Program-made: the position numbers and the translations under genes
Notes under the pieces: model-generated
Database searches by the model: none
What the model was told of the DNA's origin: nothing
Seen by the model: the letters and a program-made list of their open reading frames with translations, nothing else
Shown here: positions 50,455-61,137 of the stretch, in pieces
Layout: the number at the start of each line of letters is the position of its first letter
Position numbering within the stretch: position 1 is the first letter of the stretch
DNA from: Ancylonema sp.
Taxonomy: Eukaryota
Direction: 5' to 3'
NCBI GenBank assembly: GCA_050230475.1
Contig: JBFLGF010000085.1
Location: 1-64,000, forward strand
DNA: 64,000 nucleotides

Positions 50455-52120
50455 ATGTACTTGGACGAAAACCAGGGTTCTAATGAAGAACCCCTTTTCC
50501 ATTCTAACCCACTCGTCGGACTTTCTCAAACCCCCAAAGTCCCCTCATCCCCTCATCCCCTCGACGGTTTCGGGGGATGGGAGGAAAGAAGCAATACGGA
50601 AGACGAGAGGGGGGCTAGTGGTACCTGGGGCAAGGAGTGGAGGGAGGGTGGGGGGGAACCTGAAGGTGGGCGGCCTGCCAGTGATGCCGATCCTCTTTCC
50701 GCTATCAACCTATCACGAGAGCGCGGCACAAGTTGCCTTGAGGGGGCATTAGGTAGTGGGGTCGTAGGGGCGGTAGTTGGAATGAGAGGACTCTATTCAG
50801 GTGGGGGGTTGAAGGAGGAGGGGAACTCGGGTAGAGCAGGCAAGGTAGGACGTCAGCCGCAGGGGCGGAGAGGTGGAGAGTTGGAGAAGGAAGAGGGGGG
50901 TGTTGGTGGGGAAGTAGAGGAGATTGTGCCTCTAGGTGTCAAGTTCTGGCTTCCAACCACGGAAGACATTCTGATGGGGCGCACGTCCTATACGTGTCAA
51001 GTGTGTCTTAAAGAGTACTTTAGTAGGATTAAGTTGCAGGTAAAGTGGAGGGGAGTTCGAACTTTGCGACCTTATGGCTGAAATGATTGTGATCTAGTAG
51101 TTTGTTGAACAAAATCAAGCCACTTCGGACCTCTCTACGCCTTGTAGCTCACACGCTAGAGTTGTTTTCATGTAATGCATGCGGTACGTTTATCTTATTA
51201 CCCGCGTTCCATGATAAGACGTGTGAATCCGAATCAGTTATCATTCTATATTTCTCACACCTTTCCATGTCACCCCCCTCTCCCGTCCCTCCCCCCTTCC
51301 ACCAGATGCACATGTGGTCTCACGGAGACTCTCACCGTACCAAAGAGGCCTCCCTTGCCAAAGTGAAGCGCCCCAACGCCTATTCAAAGCTACCCTATTA
51401 TTGCCCGAGTGAGGGGTGCCGGAACCAAATAGGTCACCTCAATGCGCGTGCTTTGAAAGACCTTCGCATGCTTCAGCTGCACTACCACCGGAAGCATGGG
51501 CGAATGGAGTTTGAGTGTAAAACTTGCGAAAAGGTAAGGGTTGGGCGGGCGGATATTGGGGGGGCGGGCGGCAATTGAACAGTGTGGGCGGGGCTAGTGG
51601 AATCGCATGTCAAACCGTGCGGTCGTGGTTGTGGATGTAATTATTGTTAGTGAGGTACGTAGAGCTCCATGTGCATCTTACTTTATACGTATGTATACTC
51701 ACATTCAAATGTTGTTAATGTCGCCTTCTATACCGTTCTATCTTCCACCAATTTATGAAGAGTGACCTCTTTTTGTAAGTTTCTTTATTACGTTGCAGTT
51801 GTATGGCGATACACCTAAGAGTAGTTTCTAAGAGTAATTTCCTCTTGTTGCTTCCATTGCAAACCTTTGCGATGCGCGGTGACTGGCGAACGCACGAAAA
51901 GAACTGTGGAGTGAGATGGCATTGCAGTTGCACAACGATCTTTAAACACAAGCGAAGCCTCAAGGATCACATCCAGTCTTTTGGTATCGGACACGGAGTT
52001 GTGGAGTCGGAGGATGCGGGAGGGGAAGGAAGGGGGATGGTGAAGATGATAGTGAAGGCGGTGGAGTTGAATTGTGGTAGTGAGATAGGGGGAGAGGGGG
52101 GGAGAGGATGTTGGCGATGA
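50455..52120 (+). CDS. WIP: Divergent WIP-family (NTT/TT1-like) C2H2 zinc-finger transcription factor, Copia-interrupted and possibly a pseudogene
   Basis: Exons 50455-51039, 51306-51533, 51863-52120. Peptide FWLPT..IL.G, CQVC..LQ|MHMWSH, LP.YC...GCRN...[34 protein letters not shown]...[15 protein letters not shown]. The frame joins 43829-43932 once the Copia is removed; the last acceptor is CAA. Confidence 0.88.
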
Positions 52121-52834
52121 GGAATTTGAGGAGGTCAAAGATGGTAACGAACGCGAAGATGAGGGTGTGCTATGCGAGCTATGGGAGGCGCGTGTGCGTT
52201 TGCAACAAGTACAATGTTTGAAACTCTGAGGATTTTCCACCATTGCTTTTTAGAAAGGTTGCATTCAACTTGTGTAGTCGAGTAGAGATGTTTGTGATCG
52301 GGCTACGCTCTTGCGCGAGGAGTTCGAACTTCGTGAGCATTTATATTTATGTTTTTCAAATTGATAATAGTCTTCAACTTTACTAGCTCGATCAAGTAAA
52401 AGGTTTCCAAAACCAGAAGGTACATTGACTATATTTGTATTCAAGTGCGGCAACTGTAAGATGTTTGCGGTTGGCAAGCGACTCTAGTTGTTAAATGGAG
52501 ACAATGCCATATTTTGCTTACTATTATGCGTTCGATATCACGATAGTTGAGAATCATTTAACCTCATTTCCTCTGGAAGTGATAGTATTTACGTTTTAGG
52601 TTTTTCCCAAGTTGCACGCAAGTCATCTTGCCCTCCTCTTATGTCATTTTGATTTTGTACTTTCGACTACGAGTTGTGCACCTTGTAAAGGGGATTGAAT
52701 CAACCACGAGTTTAAGAATTACGTGGACAACTACTGGTAGGTTAGGAATGTCAAGCCGTAATAATCAGGGAGTTGACTCACCTCAGTTAACGTTGCTCCC
52801 TCACTCTCCACTTGCTCTAGAGCTTGGAGCAAGT

Positions 52835-53035
52835 GTGTGGCCCATAATTGGGCGAAATCCGATCAGGGAATTTCTGATCCGGATTGATCCAGATCCGACC
52901 CATGTGTTGTCATGTGTTGTCATCGTGGTGTAAGAGTCCCAAACACGAGTTCTTGTTTTATTTTTGTATTTTCTTTTTGGGCCTGATCCGATCAGATTAT
53001 TTCCGGATCGGGGATTGGGATGGACACGGGCCAAG
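52835..53035. repeat. GATC/GATCCG-rich MITE-like repeat
   Basis: Clustered ATCCGATC/GATCGG motifs in both orientations; similar clusters near 19200-19260 and 35678-35720. Confidence 0.4.
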
Positions 53036-54302
53036 TGTGCCCTATAATATATCCGAACGACTTACGAGGTCCAACAAAACACTGACACTCGTTTCAAAAT
53101 CTACTCGAAACCGTCGTTACGGGGTGTATAACGTCACCTGAATGTAGCAAAAGAAAAACTCACAGATTTACAGATTTGTTATAGTCGTTGTATGGAGGGT
53201 TTACTGTATGCTTCATGTGAATCCGTGTGAATACCCGTAATACCCGTGAGTAATAACCGTGTTAAAGGCCTCGCACCCTCTTCCTATTTGCAAATTTACA
53301 CCTCACCTTGTTTTCCCGATTGTTGGGTCACATGATATAACCTACCTCCGCATTTTTAACCACGGTAGGTAAAGTACCATCCGCGGCCAACCGCACCCAA
53401 CCATTTTGGTTGGACCCAACGGGGTGGCCTTTTCCCAACCGCACCCCAAGCGCCATCCGGTTGGGGAGGTGCCAACCCGGTGAAATGCGGTTGGTTGGTT
53501 GGAAAAATGGCTAGAAAAGGCGCAATTTTAAAGCTTCAGAGTCAAAAGTTGGGCCCCAAAATTGAATTACATCACAAAAAAATAAAGAACCACGTCAAAT
53601 CAAAATCGAACCTTCGAAGTTGTGGACTAGGCTTTCACCTTGTTAAATATTGATAGAGTAAACATGTAATACCGCCCCAACCGCATGCCAACTGGGTGAC
53701 ACCTCTGATGGATGGCCAATACCCACCCGTTTAGGAGTTGGCTTGCGGAGTTGGCTTGGCCAAGAGTCACCCGGATGGATCAGCCGTTACCTGCAAGAGC
53801 GCGGTCGGGGTCGGACATCACGAGGCTGCGCGGTCGGTCGCCGCGCGACCCTACTCACATCGCGGGGGGACGGAGGGGATCACGCATTGGAAGCCCGGGG
53901 AGAAGGGAGGAGGGACGTGAAAAACAGCGGAAGGGCCGCGGAGAGGACGGCCCTCCTCCCACTCCGAGGAGGGTCGCGAGGGTAGGAGGGCCTATCACGA
54001 CGCGCTGAAGGCAGCCTGGGATACACAGCGCGACGTGAGCTTGCAGCAAGACCTGTGCAAATTGCGATTCTCGCTACCGCAGACGCGGTACAGGTACTAG
54101 TCGAAAGTCAGGATTCCTTCTGACGCTTTGAGTGTATATGTTTTGGAGCTCGACAATCAGACGGAGAAGACACGAGAGACAAACAGCATTTTGCTGCACG
54201 CTTTCGGGCCTTTGGCCGAGAAATTAGGAAGAGGTAGTGAGATACGAGGGCATTCAGGAAATTCTACGGTGGAAATCATCGCGAATGGTCGATTATTTTT
54301 GA

Positions 54303-56751
54303 ATGGCTCGCACTATACTGGCACAGAAAACTCGCAGTGACTTCATCGTGAAACTGGACCAAGTCCGGAAGTGGAAGGACGAAGAATCTACTGTAGCCTC
54401 TGCTCCCGCACCTACTGTAGCTGCCATCTCAAGAAGTGGCGCGTTTTATGACCCTTTGACTTCGCATGAGAACGAGAGAGCGGATAGCTCTGCTTCGTGC
54501 CCCTTCCCAGTAAATGACGACATTAATTCTAAAATATTAGTGTGGAGAGGAACGCCGTGGTTACTAGAAGTGGATGCAGTGGTGAACAGCACTAATGAGG
54601 TGAGTATGTGATTTGAAGTAAACGCTTAAGGAAAGCATGCGTACTGGCCAGACAGGTCAGAAATGGCGGGCGCAATGCAGAATGTAAGCGAGTAGGCTGT
54701 GTCAGAAGTGTCGTGTCGAGTGGCGAACGTGCGCCAATGAGAGAGCGTCATGGTCATGTCGTACTTGCTCTGTACGGCGTGTCATGCAATTTCACCTCTG
54801 TGTACAGTTTCCAGTCTTCGTCATCCATCAGTGTTTTCAGTAATAAAAAAATCACAGTAATGTCACAATTATGTCACAGACACGTCATTGCGTCGGAACT
54901 TCAGCCCTCTCAATCTAGACTTGCTATATGACATGCAGCTGTGTACGTTTGCCTCCCCCCCCCTCTTTTTGAACCTTGAAACCAAGCCCAAGCTCACCCA
55001 AGCAGCAAATGAACCAGAAGCTTGTTTACTTTTCCTCTCCTCGCCAACTCTTGCTGTTGGTGTCACAAATTAATTGAGTCTGCGTCCTTCCTTCTCCCTC
55101 TCTACCTCTTGCCAACCACCTTCCATTCTTTTGCTGCTGCTCCCACGTTTTCCAGAGTCTTGACGAATCCTTTTCCAGCCCCGGCCTTCATGCAGCAGCG
55201 GGCCCTGGGCTCGCCGAGGAATGTGCCACGTTGGTGAGGGCCACGTGTCTCCCCACAAATCATCACTCCACGAAGCCTGACACAGTGTCATGCATTTCCC
55301 TGCCCTGGACCATGACCTGGTGCCATGACCTGGAAACCGACTGCTAGAGAAGCTCAGAAGCCCCTTAGCCCCCTTTTATTCCCATCTTCAGAGGTCGCAT
55401 ATCGATAATCAGAATCCTATGCTCTACGCATCGCAGCTCAGTTGACATCCCCGCATCTGATACGGGACGAGGTGGTGGTTGGTTGTTAGTTGGTTGGTGG
55501 AACGAACCAAACAGTTCGTTCCTCTGGCATGCACGCAGTTTGCAGGCTGACGGGTAACTGGTAGTGGCGCTCCTTATTTTGCAGGGCAACTGCAAAACGG
55601 GGATGGCAAAAATCTCAAGCGCCTATGATTTGCCAGCCAGGTGAGCCAACGAGGACTGACTCATCACTTACAACTGCTCACCCAATCCTCTTTCAAGCAT
55701 TCCGCATCCCTTCACGCACCCCTATGCTGCTCATCGAAACTTCCTATTCCCGGACCCCCCAATTATTGAAGTGACTGGTTTCTTGATACTTGACATCAAG
55801 ACAGGCAACCCTCTATGCAGGCACACGCCCTATAACTACAAATAAATTCACGCTCTATGTATGCATCAGGGTGGGAAGAATACCATATGTGGCAAATCAT
55901 TATCCCTTCTACAAGGGCATACTATCCTCAAACGGCAACCAAAAACGTGCCTACAAAGAGGGTGTCCTTACCGTCTGCAGCCATCTGTGGTCTGTGGTCT
56001 GTGTCCCCAGACGCGTGATCCACACTGTGGGCCCGCGCTACCTCCCCCACTACCAGACGGCGGCTGAGAACGCTTTGAGTCAGTGCTACCGACACGCGCT
56101 GGAGGTGGCGATCGAGCACCATCTGGGGACCATCGCCGTGGGGTGCATCTACTCGGAGGCAAAAGGCTTTCCGAGGGAGAGAGGGGCACACATAGCCTTG
56201 CGTGAGTGGGGATTTCTTCAGGGTTTATTTTTGGGGGTTTTCTGGCTTGTGAGGGTTTTTTTTTGGTTTTTTTGGGGTTTCCTCAAGGTTTTTCTCAGGG
56301 TTTTTATTTTTTTCCCGAGTTTTTTGTGAGAGGAGGGGAGGATTAGGGAACAGAAGTTGTATTCCCGAATCCAGAAAAGAAAACATGTTTCTGAACCAAG
56401 GGTAAGGGTAGGGGTAATTTTGGACACAAGTCTTGGGTAACCTCTTAGACCTGACTTAGTCCGTGGGTCATAGTGAGGGTAGAACTAGGGGGTAGGGCCA
56501 GGGGAAGGACAAGGAAGAGGGGTAGGATTGCAGTGAGGGTAGTGGTGAGGATATTGCGGAACCGTAGTCTTCCCTTCTTTCTCGGCTCTTCCCTACCAGG
56601 CACGGTACGACGGTTTCTGGAGAACCACGGCGAGCGGTTATCTAGCCTCGTGTTCTGTCTGACAACGCCCTTGGATCTGGAGATATACATCAGGTGAAAG
56701 GCAGCATCATCACACTCGTCACCCTCATCATCATCATCATCATCATGAACG

Positions 56752-56782
<31 letters not shown>

Positions 56783-59636
56783 TATCGCCATCATCATTAT
56801 CACAAGTCCGGTACAGAACCATCGATATTAGACACACTTATCCAAGCTTGGTGTCTAAAGTTCACGTTTCCTCCCTCCCTCCCCCCTCCCCCCCCCCTCC
56901 CCCCTCCCTCCTCCCCCCCCCCCCCAGATTGCTCCCCCTCTACTTCCCCCGCTCCCCCCCCGAGGAGCGTGCCTCCTCCCATTCCCTCCACGGCCACCCC
57001 ATTGACTCCAACGGCGATTCCGTGCACTCAGAGCGCGCCATAAGGATCTCTCCGCTGCCAAACCCATCTGCCCCCTCCACCCCAAGGGGGTCGCAGAGCA
57101 GCTCCTTTCGGGAGGGGGGGCGGGCGAGTAGCAGCCGGCTCAGCGTGTACTCGTCAATTCGGTAAGGGAAGCAGGGTTTGTTTCTCGTGGGAGACCAGCT
57201 AGGAAGGATGCAGGTGTGTATGTATGCATGTGTGTATGTATGTAGACTCAAACCTAGATATCAGAAACTCTTCGCGATAAGAAGCTATTTCTCGGTTTTT
57301 GGTTTCGTATTTAACTCAAAATGTGATTTATGTAAGAAACGTTTTTTGCTCGAAATTTCTAGTTTTCTTGTATCGGGTATCACTCGCTAATTCTCATAGC
57401 GAGTGTATGCATGTATGACTGTATGTATGCATATGCTGGTATATAAGGATGTATGCATGATTGAATGTATGTATGGAAGTTTGTATATTCTTCTTTCTGT
57501 ATGTATGTATGTATGTATGTATGTATGGAGGTATGTTATATGTATGAAGGTTTGGAGAGGTGTTTGTCTGGATTTCTATATGGATGAATTCACTTATGCA
57601 CGTAGTCTGCATAACATGAATGGGTGTATGCCGCAGCTATGGGTATGCACGTACAGTTGATACACGCATGAACGGTTGAATATATTCATGGCTGTATGAT
57701 GTACAGATTGAAATGTGTACATATTTTGCAAATATATATGTATATGTACAAACATATAAACATATACATACATACATATATACATATATACATACATACA
57801 TATATACATATATACATACATACATATATACATATATACATACATACATATATACATATATACATGTATACATATAAACATAGATGCATATATACATGTA
57901 TACACGTACGTCACCTCCCCAGCCAACCCCCCCTCCCACAGCTCCGACTCCTCCTCCCTGGGTACCCTGGTCGACCCTGTGTTCATGGCCATGATGCGCG
58001 ACCCTGACCTCCGTCGCCAAGAGCAGTGGGAGCGCGCAGCAGCAGCGCAGCAGGGGTCCACGGTGGCAAGGTGGCTGGGGTTCAGGGGACTGGGGGGGCC
58101 CGCACTCACCCCCGCCGAGGAAGACTCTTTACACGCGCGCTACCTGGCAAGGGCAACTGCGCTGGCGCTGCAGGATATAGCGGAGATGAAGAGCCTGTGA
58201 GTTGGGCCCGGGAGAGGGGGGGGGGCGGAGGAGGAGGGGGCTGTGTGAGTGGGATATGAGGAGGGTTATTATATTGAAAGGGTTTGGGGTTTGGGGTCGG
58301 GGTTGGGGTTCAGGTACCGAGGAGGGGTGGATGTTGAGGGGAGGCCGTTGGTGGTGATTGTGGGTGGCCACTTTTTGGCGAGGGCCATGGACCTGAACCG
58401 ATGGGTGCTGTTCGCTGTCAGGGTGAGAGAGAGATGCTGCCACCTGGCACACGTGGATTGCTGACGTGGCAGGCAGTGGTGGGTCGTACGGATGGAGGTG
58501 CGCAGGAGATTGAGCAGATCATCACCCGCCCCTACACGGCGGTGTACTTCCATGCCGCCACTCGACTTCCTCCGTAAGAGCACGACCGATGAAGTTTGTT
58601 CGTTCTTAAAACCAGGAAGCCCACCAGGGGGGGAGTTTGTTGTGTAGGGGTAGGAGAATAGGGGAGAAATGGAGGGGGGGGGAAGAAATATGTAAAAGAG
58701 GGGAGCAAGCACAGGTGGCAACAGGGGGGGGGCGGTTTTTTTGGGGTTCAGGAACCCGGATTTCGGTTGGTTGAAACGCCTGCATCAGGGACTGGGGAGG
58801 AAGCACCGTCACAACCTCCAGGTACCGCCCTGACCTGCCCTGACCTGCCCTGTCCTGTCCTGGCCTGCCAGGGGTCTCTTCGGTGGTGTTAGATGGGGGG
58901 GAGGGGGGTTGAACCGGGTTCTGTGGGGTTTGGGGTTGGGGTTGGGGTTCAGGCTCTGTATGTGGTTCATCCTTCCCTGGGGCTCCAGCTGGCGATCTTT
59001 ACCGCACAGCAGCTGGTGGACCCAGTGGTAGGACACGTGGCAGGGGAGGAGGGTGGGGGGGAAGGGGGGGGGGGGGGGGGAGAGTGGGAACCCTAGTGTG
59101 GGTGTGAATGGCAGGTGGCGGTTGGTGGTTGGTGCAGGTGTGGAAGAAGGTGCGTTTTGTGGACCGCCTCCTTGACCTCTTCCGATTTGTTCCTCGGGAC
59201 CAGCTACACATTCCCGACTTTGTACTAGAGTGAGTGAGGAAAAGCCAAAAAGAAGGTTTTATACATATTTTGTTGTTCGCCTTTTCAAATTGTTCCCCCT
59301 TTTTTCACTATGTTTGCTATCCCCAGCCGCTTCCATGTGCAAAATATAAACATGAGGAGGAGGGTAATGAATTGAAGTCGTCCTGGTGGGAGGGGTATCG
59401 TGAATCAACTTCCGGCCACAAAAGTGATCCTACAAGCAAATTATAGGGGGGTACTGCAAGTTGTTTCTGTGAGGTGGTAGTGGACACATTGAAGTAAGGA
59501 GCCCAGAGTAATTTTTGTGGTGGGTGTGATGGTTTGCAGCCACGACATGGCGGTGAACCCTCAAGACGTGATTGGAGTACAATCCCAACCCCAACCGGAG
59601 AGGAGGAGGATAGCAACCCATTTCTTGCCATCATGA
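54303..59636 (+). CDS. GDAP2: GDAP2-like protein (macro domain plus C-terminal CRAL-TRIO/BCH domain), 13 exons
   Basis: [19 protein letters not shown]|, [87 protein letters not shown]...IPDFV. Stop TGA at 59634-59636. Confidence 0.93.
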
Positions 59637-60189
59637 CAAGGAACCGGCTTCTTTTCTTCTGCTCATTTTCGAGCGCTCCTGCATGACTCTTTGTTCCTTG
59701 GCTTTATATTCTCGGGCCAATTATTGAGACATTCACACCAGAATTGATTGGTGGGGAGTAGTGGCATTGTTTTTGGTTGCACCCCCCTCGTGAAAGTTGA
59801 AGGTCTGCATTGGGATAACGACGTCTTGACAACGACGTTGTTGGAGTAATCACAATCACATTCGCAGTTGTATATAGTCATGAAGTAGGTAGGACGGAGA
59901 GTAGGCACTTATGTGTGTTTGTAAAGTGCACAATTAGATGTATTTCCTTCTGCGTTACGATGTCTAAAAGCTTGTTGCAAGTCCACAAGGACAAGCATGG
60001 TGTTGAACCAATGGCGCGAGATAGAAGCGAAAATGACTTTCAGGCTTTTGAAGGTCCATTGTTGGCAGATTTGCCTCCGTGGACTTTCGGAATAATAGTA
60101 TGCAATGTAAAGAATGGGTTTACGACAATACCATACTGGTCCCGATACATTCCTTTCCTACAATGTGTAGGCGTCTTTTAGGATGACTA

Positions 60190-60427
60190 CCGTACTGGCC
60201 ACACATAATGACCCGCAAATAATTATGAGAAGGGTGGGTCGGGTCAAATCAAATAATTCAAATTTTATAAAAAGTGGGTCATTCTATAATGTGGGTCACG
60301 AGATACTAAATGTTTTTCAGGATTTAAAAAAATAAAATATTGGGTGCGCGGGTTGGGTCAAGTGGTGGTTTTTTAGTTAAATTAATTCGTTTCTTAAAAC
60401 CTGGGTTATTATGTATGGCCACTACGG
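60190..60427. mobile_element. Compact CCGTA-terminus Tc1/mariner-like MITE
   Basis: TA|CCGTACTGGCCACACATAAT...ATTATGTATGGCCACTACGG|TA: TIRs with TA on both flanks and GGGTCA subterminal repeats. Confidence 0.85.
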
Positions 60428-61137
60428 TATGTCGAATGCCACTGAGAACACTTTCTCTGTCACGGTCATGGTCACTACTCTGGTGGCTGGGACTTCAGAA
60501 GTGACTCAGCATGGACCATTGTGTACGACTATGCACGAGAAACTTGTGCAATTAGAAGCCATGTGTAGAGATGAGTTGCATTGTTTTATGGAGAAGTTTT
60601 GGTCAAGTACATAGGTGCTCTTGTAATGTAAGTCGTTCTTATGTTTCATATGACCTCATATACGGTGTAGCACCTCACAACAAAAAAGTTGACGTGTTCA
60701 AAGTGACATCACCTTAGGTGGACTCGACCTGTACTTGAAGGGTGGCGAAAAACCAGTGATGTAAAAGAAGGCGTCTTTGCAAATACACGTACAACCTATT
60801 GATGTACAACCTATTGAGATGTATCCTGTCTACCCTTACCCTCGTTCATCTGTTTCATCTACTTAGCGACCATACATGTACAACAACAATCATGAGCTCA
60901 TTCACCTTGTCTCTTGTTGACAACCTTGCAAGCGTGTTACCATACCAGTCACTCCTAGCATGGAAATGGGGATGACAAAGAGTATTCACAAATAATTGGA
61001 CCCCACGGATTACTCCCGCACATGTAACGAAACTAATATGTACAACAACTTTGTCCTTACGCCAAGTCCTCCCACTTCGTCATCCCACTTCCCTTGCCTG
61101 CTTCATCCTAAGACTCTCCCCTCCCCCCCCCCCCCTT

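Noticed and set aside
53370..53760. CCAACCGC-rich stretch as a defined MITE or MYB-site array
   Set aside because: The repeated motif is evident, but I could not define TIRs, a TSD or boundaries.
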